Source: Elusimicrobiota bacterium
GTDB lineage: Bacteria; Elusimicrobiota; Elusimicrobia; UBA1565
Direction of reading: 5' to 3'
DNA: 40,555 nt
Assembly: GCA_043827405.1 (NCBI GenBank)
Contig: JBDRPD010000094.1
Coordinates: forward strand, 1 to 40,555
Translations under genes and position numbers: made by a program
The notes under the pieces: model-generated
What the model was told of the DNA's origin: nothing
The model's database searches: none
The model's input: the letters and a program-made list of their open reading frames with translations, nothing else
Shown: piece after piece, positions 20,160 through 29,692 of the stretch
Numbering within the stretch: position 1 is the stretch's first letter
Layout of the letters: the number at the start of each line of letters is the position of its first letter

Positions 20160-21800
20160 GTGAATTCCCCTAAAACTTCGATACTCCTTTTGGGCTGCGA
20201 GGCGGTCGCCCAGGCGGCCATGGACGCGGGCATTAAGGGCGCTTACGCCTACCCCGGCACCCCGTCCACCGAGATCATGGAATACCTCGTATCCGCGGCG
20301 CAGGCGGACGGCGCTTTCCATGCGCGCTGGTCGGCCAATGAGAAAGTCGCCTTTGAGGAAGCCCTGGGGATGTCGCTTATCGGCCGGCGCGCCATTGTAT
20401 GCATGAAGCATGTGGGCCTCAACGTCGCCGCCGATCCGTTCATGAACTCGGCGCTGACCGGCGCCGGCGGCGGCCTGGTGGTGGTCGTGGCCGACGATCC
20501 GGGAATGCACTCATCCCAGAACGAGCAGGACAGCCGCTACTACGCGGAGTTCGCCAAGATTCCCTGCTTCGAGCCGGCCGACCAGCAGGAATGCTACGAC
20601 ATGACCCGCGAGGCTTTCGCCCTATCGGAGATGTGCCAAACGCCGGTCATGGTGCGGATCGTCACCCGCATCGCTCATGCCCGCTCTCCGATCGAGACGC
20701 ATGCGCCCGAGACGCCGTCCGGCGACGCGCTGGAGGATTTCCGCTCCAACAGGGAGCTGAGCAGGCGCTGGACGCTGCTTCCCGCCAACGCCCGGAGGCA
20801 GTTCATAAAGCTCCTGGAACGGCAGACCGAGCTGGAATCATATTCGCACGACTCCAACTTCAACGTCGAGACCGGAGGCGGCGGCAAGCTCGGCGTCCTC
20901 TGCTCCGGGGTGGGCGCCGCCTACGCCACAGAGGCGCTGGCGCTGGCGAAGCTGGACCTTCCGTCGCTGAAGCTCGGCGTCTACCCGATATCCAGGAAGA
21001 AGCTCAAGAGCTTCATCGGCCGGCTGGACGAAGTGCTGGTGGTGGAAGACGGCTACCCTTTCATCGAGGAGCGCCTCCTCGGCTGGATCGGTGCAGGTCC
21101 CCGCATCCGCGGCCGGCTGGACGGGACTCTGCCGCGCACCGGCGAGATGGATACCAACAAGGCGCTGCGGGCGCTGGCCGCGCTGACCGGCAAGCCCGCA
21201 CCGGCGGAGGCGCGCGCCGTCAGCGGACTGCCGCCGCGGCCGCCGGCGCTATGCGCGGGCTGCCCCCATACCGACACCTTCAGAGCCCTCAACGAAGCCG
21301 TGGCGGGTAAAAAGCCTGCCAACGTATTCTCCGACATCGGCTGCTACGCTCTCGGGGTGCTCCCCCCTCATCAGGCCATCAACTCCTGCGTCGAGATGGG
21401 CGCCAGCCTCGGCATGGCCAAGGGCGCCAGCGAGGGCGGCCTCACGTATTCGGTCGCGGTGCTGGGCGAGTCCACCTTCGCGCATTCCGGGCTGGCCTCG
21501 CTGCGCGGCGCGGCCATCGAGAACACGCCGATGACCTTAATCATTCTCGATAACGGCACCGTCGCCATGACCGGCGGCCAGGAGAGCGCGGCCACCGGCG
21601 AGGCGCTGGTATCCATGGTCAAGGGACTGGGCGCCGACCCGCGGCATGTCCGCCTCATCGATCCGCTACCGCGGTCGCACGCCGAGAACGTCAAGATCAT
21701 CCGGGAAGAGCTGGAACACCGCGGGCTTTCGGTGATCATCTCGCAGCGGGAATGCGTGCAGACGGCGCGCAAGAGCAAGAAAAAGGGGAGGTCCAAGTGA
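20160..21800 (+). CDS. iorA: Indolepyruvate:ferredoxin oxidoreductase alpha subunit
   Basis: AYPGTPSTEI, NEKVAFE, MKHVGLNVAADP, SSQNEQDSR, LCAGCPH, SDIGCY, VAMTGGQ; GTG start after GGAGG. Confidence 0.93.
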   Translation: MNSPKTSILLLGCEAVAQAAMDAGIKGAYAYPGTPSTEIMEYLVSAAQADGAFHARWSANEKVAFEEALGMSLIGRRAIVCMKHVGLNVAADPFMNSALTGAGGGLVVVVADDPGMHSSQNEQDSRYYAEFAKIPCFEPADQQECYDMTREAFALSEMCQTPVMVRIVTRIAHARSPIETHAPETPSGDALEDFRSNRELSRRWTLLPANARRQFIKLLERQTELESYSHDSNFNVETGGGGKLGVLCSGVGAAYATEALALAKLDLPSLKLGVYPISRKKLKSFIGRLDEVLVVEDGYPFIEERLLGWIGAGPRIRGRLDGTLPRTGEMDTNKALRALAALTGKPAPAEARAVSGLPPRPPALCAGCPHTDTFRALNEAVAGKKPANVFSDIGCYALGVLPPHQAINSCVEMGASLGMAKGASEGGLTYSVAVLGESTFAHSGLASLRGAAIENTPMTLIILDNGTVAMTGGQESAATGEALVSMVKGLGADPRHVRLIDPLPRSHAENVKIIREELEHRGLSVIISQRECVQTARKSKKKGRSK

Positions 21801-22390
21801 AGCGCGACATCATATTGGCCGGGGTCGGCGGCCAGGGCATCCTCACCGCCGCCAAGCTCATCTATACCGCGGCCTCCCGCGAGGGCCTCAATATGAAGCA
21901 GACCGAGGTGCACGGGATGAGCCAGCGGGGCGGCTCGGTGGAATCGCATATCCGCATTTCCGACGGGGAGATCCACAGCGCGCTGATCCCCGAGGGCGCC
22001 TGCGACCTCATCATCGCCACCGACCCCCTCGAATCGCTGCGCTATGTCCGCTTTCTCGCCGCCGACGGAGCCATGGTCGTCAACAAGACGCCGTTCAAGA
22101 ATATCGCCGACTACCCCGCCGAGGACTTTATCACCGCCGAGCTCGGCAAGCTTGCCGGGTCGCTGACCGGCCCCGTACACGTAGTGGACCCGGCGGCGAT
22201 GGCGAAGGAGGCCGGCAGCGCCTACGCGCAGAACGCGGCGCTGCTCGGCGCGGCCTGCGGGCTGACCGGGCTCAAGCCCGAAAGCTTCCGGGCGGCCATC
22301 GCCGAAGTCTTCGCCGGTAAGGGAGATAACGTTATCGCAATAAATACCGTCGCCTTTGACCTGGGCCTGCGTTCGCTGCAGCCGGCGTGA
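21797..22390 (+). CDS. iorB: Indolepyruvate:ferredoxin oxidoreductase beta subunit
   Basis: IILAGVGGQG, EVHGMSQRGGSV.SH; GTGA overlap with the iorA stop. Confidence 0.93.
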   Translation: MKRDIILAGVGGQGILTAAKLIYTAASREGLNMKQTEVHGMSQRGGSVESHIRISDGEIHSALIPEGACDLIIATDPLESLRYVRFLAADGAMVVNKTPFKNIADYPAEDFITAELGKLAGSLTGPVHVVDPAAMAKEAGSAYAQNAALLGAACGLTGLKPESFRAAIAEVFAGKGDNVIAINTVAFDLGLRSLQPA

Positions 22391-24642
22391 TAGCTAAGAG
22401 CCGGCTGGACCGCATCGAGACGATCTTCGACGACGCCGCCGCCCGGGGACGCAATGTACTGCTCGAGCCGGAGGCGTACGACGTACTGTCGCTGCTGTCG
22501 CTGTCCGCCCCCCGCCATGTCTATATCCGGTCCGGCGCTCCCCTCACTTTCTCCGCCGCCGGCTCTTTCCACGGGAAGGATGCGGTGGTCAAGGTCGCCT
22601 CCTCCAAGCATCTGCACAAGACCGACTCAGGCGGCGTGGCGATCGTCGGCAAGAACCGCGGCGAAATCACGGCCGCCCTCGACCGCATGTTCAAGAAGTT
22701 CCCTGAAGCCGAAGGCGTGCTGATAGCCGAGTTCGTGGAATACGGCGGCTCCTCGCTGGGCCACGAGCTCATCCTGGGCGCCCGCCACGATGAGGCGTTC
22801 GGCCCGGTGCTGTCCTTCGGTCCCGGCGGCACCGGCGTCGAGGAACTTACCGAAGCGCTCAAGGCCGGGCTGTCGCCCGCCATCGCCGAATGCGGCCGCT
22901 TGGGCAGCCTCGGCGCGCGTGATTTTCTCAGCAATGCCTGGATTTGGCGCTACCTATCGGGCGGCGTGCGCGGCAGCCGGCGGCTGGTAACGGACGAAGA
23001 AATGGAGAAATGGCTGCGGGCTTTCGCCGAAGTAATGCGGGCCTTCTCCGACGGCAATAAACGGAAGTGGACGATCGAAGAGCTCGAGGTCAACCCGCTC
23101 GTGGTATCCGGCGGCCGGCTTTCGGCGCTGGACTGCCTGCTGCGCTTTCGCCCCGCCGCTGACGGCAAGCGCCGCGCCCGGCGGCCGCTCGACAGCATCC
23201 GCCGGCTCATGAACCCGCGGCACGCAGCCTTCGTCGGTGTCGGCGGGCCGGCGCATGTCGGCCGCATCATCCTCAATAATGTGGTAAGCGAAGGCTTCGA
23301 CATAAAGAATCTCCACGTCATCAAAGAGGGCGTGGACGCCGTCGACGGCGTGCCCTGCGTCCCTTCGATCTCCGAGCTTCCGCACAAAGTCGACATGCTG
23401 GTGATGTCCACCTCGTCCGCCGCCGTCCCCCAGCTGCTGCGGGAAGCCGCGCAGAGCGGCAAGGTGGAGGGCGCCGTCATCATCAGCGGCGGCATGGGCG
23501 AGAAAGCCGGCACCGAGTCTTTGCAGGACGCAGCCCGCGAGGTTATCCGCGATGCCCGGGCCAAAGGCAGCGGCTTCGTGGCGGTCGGCGGCAACTCGCT
23601 CGGGATCATCTCGGCCCCGGCCAAGCTCAACACCTTCTTTATCCCGCCGTACAAAATGGAGCCGCGCCGTCCGCCGGCCGGACGAACCGCCGACACGGCC
23701 TTCATCAGCCAGAGCGGCGCCTTTATCATATCGGCGATGAGCCGGCTCGACTGGTTCGCTCCGCTCTACGCCGTCTCGGCCGGCAACCAGCTCGACGCCA
23801 CCATCGCGGACTACACCGAGTGCGTGCTTAACGACCCGAAGGTCAAAGTCATCGTGCTCTACATCGAGGGCTTCATGGAAGGCGACGGCGAGCGGCTGAC
23901 CACGCTCATCCGCCGCGCCCGCCGCTTGGGCAAAACCGTGATCTGCTACAAGGCCGGCCGTACGCCCACCGGCCGCCAGGCCGTCCGCGGCCATACGGCG
24001 TCGATCGCGGGCGAGTATCCGACCGCGCGCGCGGCGCTTTCCACCGCGGGGGCCGTCGTAGTCGAATCCTTCGACGACTTTGACGATGTCCTGAAGCTCG
24101 CCTGCGCGTTCTCGGAGCTGAAGGGCAAGGGACGCCGCACTTACTTCATCACCAACGCGGGCTTCGAATCCGCCGGCATGGCCGACTCGCTGGGCCCCCG
24201 GGGAACGCTGCGGCCGGCGGCCATCGGCAGGGCGCTGCGCACGAAGCTGAAGAAGACGCTGGCGGCGCATAAACTGGACAAGCTGGTGGACCCCCATAAC
24301 CCGCTCGACCTCACCCCGATGGCGGGCGACGACGCCTACTGCGAGCTGTTGGAGCATGTCCTGACCGACAAGGCCGTGGACGCCGTCATCTTGTCCGCGG
24401 TCCCGCTGACTCCGGCGATGCAGACTTTGCCGCCCGGCAAGGAGCATCCCGAGGACCTGGCGGCATCTTTGATCCCGCGGCTGGGAAAAGCCTTCAAGCG
24501 CTGCGGGAAGCCCATCGTCTTCTGCGTCTCATCGGGCGCGCTCTACGACGACTACGTACGGGCGGCAGAGGCGCAGGGCCTGCCGGTCTTGCGCAACGCG
24601 GACCGCGCGGCCCGCGCTTTAGCGAGGTACCTGCAAACATGA
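22387..24642 (+). CDS. ADP-forming acetate/acyl-CoA ligase (ACD), fused, with the ATP-grasp domain N-terminal
   Basis: VVKV.S..LHKTDSGGV, FGPVLSFGPGG, ELEVNPL; then CoA-binding and ligase domains GGNSLG, FISQSGA, phospho-His GHTASIAG, NPLDLT. Confidence 0.9.
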   Translation: MIAKSRLDRIETIFDDAAARGRNVLLEPEAYDVLSLLSLSAPRHVYIRSGAPLTFSAAGSFHGKDAVVKVASSKHLHKTDSGGVAIVGKNRGEITAALDRMFKKFPEAEGVLIAEFVEYGGSSLGHELILGARHDEAFGPVLSFGPGGTGVEELTEALKAGLSPAIAECGRLGSLGARDFLSNAWIWRYLSGGVRGSRRLVTDEEMEKWLRAFAEVMRAFSDGNKRKWTIEELEVNPLVVSGGRLSALDCLLRFRPAADGKRRARRPLDSIRRLMNPRHAAFVGVGGPAHVGRIILNNVVSEGFDIKNLHVIKEGVDAVDGVPCVPSISELPHKVDMLVMSTSSAAVPQLLREAAQSGKVEGAVIISGGMGEKAGTESLQDAAREVIRDARAKGSGFVAVGGNSLGIISAPAKLNTFFIPPYKMEPRRPPAGRTADTAFISQSGAFIISAMSRLDWFAPLYAVSAGNQLDATIADYTECVLNDPKVKVIVLYIEGFMEGDGERLTTLIRRARRLGKTVICYKAGRTPTGRQAVRGHTASIAGEYPTARAALSTAGAVVVESFDDFDDVLKLACAFSELKGKGRRTYFITNAGFESAGMADSLGPRGTLRPAAIGRALRTKLKKTLAAHKLDKLVDPHNPLDLTPMAGDDAYCELLEHVLTDKAVDAVILSAVPLTPAMQTLPPGKEHPEDLAASLIPRLGKAFKRCGKPIVFCVSSGALYDDYVRAAEAQGLPVLRNADRAARALARYLQT

Positions 24643-25472
24643 AAATCACGGTCTGGGGCGCCCGGGGCTCGATCCCCGTATCCGGGAAGCAGTACCTGAA
24701 GTACGGCGGGGACACAACCTGCATCGAGATCGAAACCAAAAACGGAGACACCGTCATTCTCGACGCCGGCACCGGCTTGCGCGCCCTGGGCAACAAGTTG
24801 TGGAAAGCGGGCAAGCGGAACTTCCATTTCATGATCACCCACAGCCACTGGGACCATCTGATGGGATTTCCCTTCTTCAAGCCGCTGCACCACAAGGGCG
24901 TGCATATCCACTTTCACGGCTGCACCTTCGCCCAGCAATCCATCAAGAATATCCTCAAAGAGACCCTGCGGGCGCCCTTTTTCCCCGTCGACCTGCAGGA
25001 GGTCCCGGCGACGCTCATCTACGACGACACCTGCCTGAGCACTTTCGAGGCCGCTGGGCTGAAAGTCATCAGCGTTCCGCTGTGCCATCCGAATCAGGGC
25101 TACGGGTTTCTTATCGATGAGGACGGCAAGCGCCTGGCCTTCTTCCCCGACAACGAACTGGACTACCCGCACAAAGGAGGCCGCACCTTCGCCGAATACG
25201 CGCAGGCCTTCACGGGGACGGACGTGCTGATCCACGACGCGGAGTACCTGCCCGAGGAATATGCCGAGTTCGCGAAAGGCTGGGGACACTCCGTCTACTC
25301 GGACACGGTACGGCTCGGCTCGGAGGCCGGGGTCAAGCGCCTGATACTCTGGCACCTCAACCAGGAACGGACCGACGAACAGGCCGACGCCATGCAGGCG
25401 CAGGCCCGCGCCGTCGCCAAGAACGGCACGCAGTGCGACATGGCCTATACCGGCATGTCATTCGAACTTTAA
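24639..25472 (+). CDS. Metallo-beta-lactamase fold hydrolase
   Basis: WGARGSIP, YGGDTTC, LDAGTG, THSHWDH, LIHDAEY, GWGHS. Confidence 0.92.
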   Translation: MKITVWGARGSIPVSGKQYLKYGGDTTCIEIETKNGDTVILDAGTGLRALGNKLWKAGKRNFHFMITHSHWDHLMGFPFFKPLHHKGVHIHFHGCTFAQQSIKNILKETLRAPFFPVDLQEVPATLIYDDTCLSTFEAAGLKVISVPLCHPNQGYGFLIDEDGKRLAFFPDNELDYPHKGGRTFAEYAQAFTGTDVLIHDAEYLPEEYAEFAKGWGHSVYSDTVRLGSEAGVKRLILWHLNQERTDEQADAMQAQARAVAKNGTQCDMAYTGMSFEL

Positions 25473-25487
25473 TCAGGAGGCACCTCC

Positions 25488-26516
25488 ATGCAGCTGCTCA
25501 AGGAACTTTGCGAGACATCCGCCATCGCCGGGCGCGAGCAACCGATGATCGATCTCATGACCCGGGAGCTCAAGAAGACCTGCGACGAGGTGAGCGTCGA
25601 CGGGATGGGTAATGTCATCGGCCTCAAGCGCGCCAAGAAGAAGGGCGCCAAGAAAGTGATGATCGCCGGCCACATGGATGAGATCGGCTTCATCGTCACC
25701 CATATCGACAAGAGCGGCTTTATCCGCTTCGCCCCGCGCGGCGGCCATGCCCCCCGGGTCCTTATCTCGCAGCGGGTCCTGATCAAGGGCCGCAAGGACG
25801 TCCTCGGCGTCGTCGAAGGCTCGCCGTGGCTGATGAAGCGCGAGGACATGCAAAAGGTCCCCGATCTCAAAGACCTGTTCATCGACGCCGGGCTGACGCA
25901 CAAGGAGCTCGCGAAGCTGATCGGCGTGGGCGACATTATCGTTCTCGACCGCGGCTTTGTCGAGCAGGGCGGAGCCCTCATCTCCAAAGCCTTCGACGAC
26001 CGCATCGGCTGCTACGTCGTTCTGGAAGCGATGCGGCGGATCAGGAAGCCGGACGCCGACATCTACGCGGTCGGCACCTCGCAGGAGGAGGTCGGCATCC
26101 GCGGCGCCATCGGCGCCGCTCGTACGGTGGTACCCGACATCGGGATCGCGGTCGACATCACCCTCGCCTGCGATACTCCCGGCGTGCCCGAACATGCGCA
26201 GATCACTCAGCTCGGCGGCGGCGTCGCCATCAAGATCAACGACATGGCCTCCATCTCCAACCATGGGATCGTCGAGCACCTGAAAAATCTGGCCCGCAGG
26301 AATAAAATCAAATACCAGATGGAAGTCCTGCCCTTCGGCGGCACCGATGCCCGCGGGATGCAGTGGTTCGGCGAGGGTCCGGTATGCACGCTCTCGGTGC
26401 CGACCCGTCACGCGCACTCCCCCAACGAGCTGATCCACAAGAAGGACGTCGAGGCGACGATCAAGCTGCTGGTAAAGTTCCTGGAAAACGTCTCGAGCTG
26501 CCGGCTGGAATTCTAG
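25488..26516 (+). CDS. M42 family aminopeptidase
   Basis: AGHMDEIG, KAFDDR, QEEVGIRGA, AVDIT, GGTDA, PTRHAHS; SD AGGAGG. Confidence 0.93.
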   Translation: MQLLKELCETSAIAGREQPMIDLMTRELKKTCDEVSVDGMGNVIGLKRAKKKGAKKVMIAGHMDEIGFIVTHIDKSGFIRFAPRGGHAPRVLISQRVLIKGRKDVLGVVEGSPWLMKREDMQKVPDLKDLFIDAGLTHKELAKLIGVGDIIVLDRGFVEQGGALISKAFDDRIGCYVVLEAMRRIRKPDADIYAVGTSQEEVGIRGAIGAARTVVPDIGIAVDITLACDTPGVPEHAQITQLGGGVAIKINDMASISNHGIVEHLKNLARRNKIKYQMEVLPFGGTDARGMQWFGEGPVCTLSVPTRHAHSPNELIHKKDVEATIKLLVKFLENVSSCRLEF

Positions 26517-26528
26517 ACCTCGGCTTCT

Positions 26529-27605
26529 TCAGCGCGGCAGGGGCGCGGCGGGACGCAGCTCGGCGATGTGCCGGATTTCCTCGGCCAGCCGGCGGAAAGC
26601 CCGCGTATCCATGGTCTGCGCGCCGTCCGACCAGGCCCGATCGGGATCGGTATGGACCTCGATGAGCAGCCCGTCCGCTCCCGCCGCCACGGCCGCGCGC
26701 GCCATCGCCGGGACATAGGCGCGGTTGCCCGCGGGGTGGCTCGGATCGGCGATGACGGGGAACGGTGAGCGCTCTTTGAGCACCGGAAACGCCCCGACAT
26801 CCAGCATAAACCGCGTCGCCTGTTCGTAGGTGCGGATCCCTCGCTCGCATAGGATGAGGCCCGTATTCTCCCGCTCGGCGCAGAAGCGGCCGATGAGGAT
26901 ATACTCCGCCGCCTGCAGGAACTCATCGATAGTGGAGCCGAAGCCGCGCTTGAGCAGCACCGGCTTGCCGGAAGGGTGCTGACCCGCCTTGAAGAGCAGC
27001 GGGAAATTCTGCATATTGCGCGCCCCGATCTGGATCGCGTCGGCATAGCGCGCCACGACGTCGAGGTCTTCCGGCTCCAGCGCCTCGGTGACGATCGGCA
27101 GGCCCGTGCGCTCGCGCGCCAGCGCCAGATACTCCAGGCCGCGCTCCCGCAGCCCGGCGAACGAGTAGGGAGATGTCCGCGGCTTGAAGGCGCCGCCGCG
27201 CAGCGCCGAGGCTCCCGCCTCCTTAACCGCCTCGGCGATCTCGCAGATCTGGCTCTCGCTCTCCACGCCGCAGGGACCGGCGATGATTACGGCTTCCGGA
27301 CCGCCGACCCGCACGCTGTCGGACAGCGGCACAACGATGTCCGGCTGGCCGTTGCGCCGCACGACCATGCCGCGGGGATCGATCATCGCCGTCCGGCGCG
27401 CGCCCGGCATGGACCGCACTTCCTCGAGCTGGCTCTTCCGGATCGGGCTCTCGAGACGGAAGGTCAGAAAATTGGGGCCGAAGCACCGGCACCGGTTGTC
27501 TGAATCGCTGATCAGCCCCCATTTCATAAGCGCCGGCCCGATACGCTTATGGAAAGAGTCGCCGTCGAAACAAACCGCCAGTATCCCCGTCTCTTGTCCT
27601 TCCAT
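26529..27605 (-). CDS. aroF: DAHP synthase (type I-beta) with a divergent N-terminal domain
   Basis: IIAGPCGVES, RGGAFKPRTSPYSF, QIGARNMQNF, LLKRG, LCERGIRT, IADPSH, LIEVH, SDGAQ; SD GGGAGG. Confidence 0.92.
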   Translation of the reverse strand: MEGQETGILAVCFDGDSFHKRIGPALMKWGLISDSDNRCRCFGPNFLTFRLESPIRKSQLEEVRSMPGARRTAMIDPRGMVVRRNGQPDIVVPLSDSVRVGGPEAVIIAGPCGVESESQICEIAEAVKEAGASALRGGAFKPRTSPYSFAGLRERGLEYLALARERTGLPIVTEALEPEDLDVVARYADAIQIGARNMQNFPLLFKAGQHPSGKPVLLKRGFGSTIDEFLQAAEYILIGRFCAERENTGLILCERGIRTYEQATRFMLDVGAFPVLKERSPFPVIADPSHPAGNRAYVPAMARAAVAAGADGLLIEVHTDPDRAWSDGAQTMDTRAFRRLAEEIRHIAELRPAAPLPR

Positions 27606-27614
27606 AAGTCCTCC

Positions 27615-28712
27615 CTAAACAGCGGCGACGGCTTCCAGCTCGATGAGCAAATCGTCGCGGCAAACGTCTCCGATGACCGCGACCACCGGCAGTGCGGGCA
27701 GCCGATGCTTGCGGCTGAACCGGCGCCAGGCCGCGTACGCCGCACGGTCCTTGCAGTACAGCGTCGCGCTCAAAATATCCTTCGCCCCCGCGCCCTGCTC
27801 CTTCAGTATCGCCAGCACGCTGGCATACGTTTGGCGGCTCTGCGCCTCCGGGTCATCGAGGAAAACGGTGTCGCCCTTGGCGTTGATGCTCGCGGTGCCC
27901 GAGACGTGGATGGTCTTGCGTCCGTTATGGCGCAGCACCATGGCGCGGGAAAAGGCCGACCGGTAGGCGAAGGCCTGTCCCTGCCGCGCGGTCTTGAGCA
28001 CCGGCTGGAAGCTGACGCCGCTCCCCTTTTGGGCGTCGACGGCCAGAACGTCCATCGCGCATTCCGCCCGGCGAACGCTTCCCTGAATGCCGGTACTGGC
28101 GGGCAGCACGGATGCGTGCCTCCGGCCGAGGTAGTCGCGGCGCCGGTAGAGCGCATTCCGTACCCGGTTGAAATCGTCGTACCAGTCCAGCAGGCGGCGG
28201 AGGTAAATCCAGGTTCGCACGACTTGGTCATAGGCAAAGCCGTGCGCCCGCAGGGCCGCGTGCGCGCGCCGGAACATCCGCTCCGCCTGGCGCGGCGCGC
28301 CTCCGCTCCCGGTCCCAAGAACTTCGGGCAGATAAAGCAGGCGAAAACCGGCGCCTTCCCACAACCGCCCGCGCAGCCCTCCCGGACAGCGGACCGTCCG
28401 CACGGAACCCGAACGGGTTCCCCAGACCCTGACGCCGGCGGTCTCATCCGCCCCGAACGGCTCGCCCTGCACATAGGTCGCGGGAGCGGCATGCTCGAGG
28501 CCGCGCCGCCGGTAGGCCGCCTTACGGGCGGCCAAGACCTTGGCCCGGTCGCGGTCGCGGCCGTAGATGATCTCCTGGATGGGCGCGATGCGCTTATTGC
28601 GCATGACGTCGCCGAGCTCGGCGAAAAGCTTCTTGGCGCTCCCGCCGCGAACCTCAGCCGTCATGAAATACTCCTGATGCGTGCCGTAATCGACGGCTTT
28701 TAGGCGTATCAT
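27615..28712 (-). CDS. Multi-domain Rid-fold protein, FkbO/Hyg5/XanB2 chorismatase-like
   Basis: VVRTWIYL...YDDFNRVR, LPASTGI, AFSRA, VSGTASI, DVCRDDLLIELE; directly upstream of the DAHP synthase. Confidence 0.72.
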   Translation of the reverse strand: MIRLKAVDYGTHQEYFMTAEVRGGSAKKLFAELGDVMRNKRIAPIQEIIYGRDRDRAKVLAARKAAYRRRGLEHAAPATYVQGEPFGADETAGVRVWGTRSGSVRTVRCPGGLRGRLWEGAGFRLLYLPEVLGTGSGGAPRQAERMFRRAHAALRAHGFAYDQVVRTWIYLRRLLDWYDDFNRVRNALYRRRDYLGRRHASVLPASTGIQGSVRRAECAMDVLAVDAQKGSGVSFQPVLKTARQGQAFAYRSAFSRAMVLRHNGRKTIHVSGTASINAKGDTVFLDDPEAQSRQTYASVLAILKEQGAGAKDILSATLYCKDRAAYAAWRRFSRKHRLPALPVVAVIGDVCRDDLLIELEAVAAV

Positions 28713-29692
28713 TTTCCATCCTTCCCTTCGCCCGCGCCGCGCGCGCAGCGAAATCCCACATCAAGATGCGCATAGTCCGGATTGCTCCACAGACGGCGCG
28801 AGGTCCGCGCATTATACTGCGCGACGTACGGGATCACCCCCGACCAGGCCCCGCCGCGAATAACCTTTCTCGTGTCGGGCTCGCGGCCCTGCAGCGGGCT
28901 GCGCAGGCGATCGGCGCGCTCCCAGCCCGGCATGCTGTACCAGTCGGCGACCCATTCCCAGACATTGCCCGCCATATCCAGACAGCCGTAGGGACTCGCG
29001 CCGCCGGGTAGGCTTCCCACCGGCACGGGACCGGCCTCTCTCTTCAGCCCGCTGCGGCTCAGCCCCGGCCGCCAATCCTCTCCCCAGGGGAACGTCCGTC
29101 CGTCGGCGCCGCGCGCCGCCTTTTCCCATTCCGCCTCGGTCGGCAGGCGCTTGCCGGCGCGGCGGCAGAATGCCTCGGCGTCGGCCCAGGTGACATTGCG
29201 CACCGGCAGCCGGGACTGCTGCGCGGCCAGTTCCTTGAACTCCGCGCGCGCTCTGAGCTGGTCTATCGGCTCAAGCCCGTCGTAGTTGAGCATGTCGAAC
29301 AGCGCGAAAGAAGCCGCGCGCCAGCGCGCGATCACCTCCTCACGGGCATAGACGTCGTCTTCCTGAAAGGCCTTCAGCGTCACCCCGTAGCGCTTCTCAT
29401 AGTGGGCGATCAGGTCGGCGCTGCCTTGCGCCGAATGGCGGAACCACGGCCCGCCGAGAGTCTCATAGCCGGCGCTGTCACGGACAAACTCGGCATAGGC
29501 GGCGTTGGTCACCTCGATCTTGTCGATATAAAACTCAGGCAGCGACGCCGTACGCCGCGGGCGTTCATCCTCATTGCGGTGGTCCGCGCCCATGATGAAC
29601 TCGCCCGCCGGCACGCGCGCCATATCCGGCGCGCCGGCGGCGGAAAGCCCGGCCGGCAGCAGCGCGACAAGCAGCAGAAGTCTTAGGGTCAT
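28709..29692 (-). CDS. Exported FGE-sulfatase (SUMF1/EgtB/PvdO) fold protein
   Basis: Signal peptide; VPAGEFIMG, EVTNAAY, RLPTEAEWEKAARG, DMAGNVWEW, RGGAW, GFRCA; no catalytic Cys cluster. Confidence 0.9.
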   Translation of the reverse strand: MTLRLLLLVALLPAGLSAAGAPDMARVPAGEFIMGADHRNEDERPRRTASLPEFYIDKIEVTNAAYAEFVRDSAGYETLGGPWFRHSAQGSADLIAHYEKRYGVTLKAFQEDDVYAREEVIARWRAASFALFDMLNYDGLEPIDQLRARAEFKELAAQQSRLPVRNVTWADAEAFCRRAGKRLPTEAEWEKAARGADGRTFPWGEDWRPGLSRSGLKREAGPVPVGSLPGGASPYGCLDMAGNVWEWVADWYSMPGWERADRLRSPLQGREPDTRKVIRGGAWSGVIPYVAQYNARTSRRLWSNPDYAHLDVGFRCARGAGEGKDGK

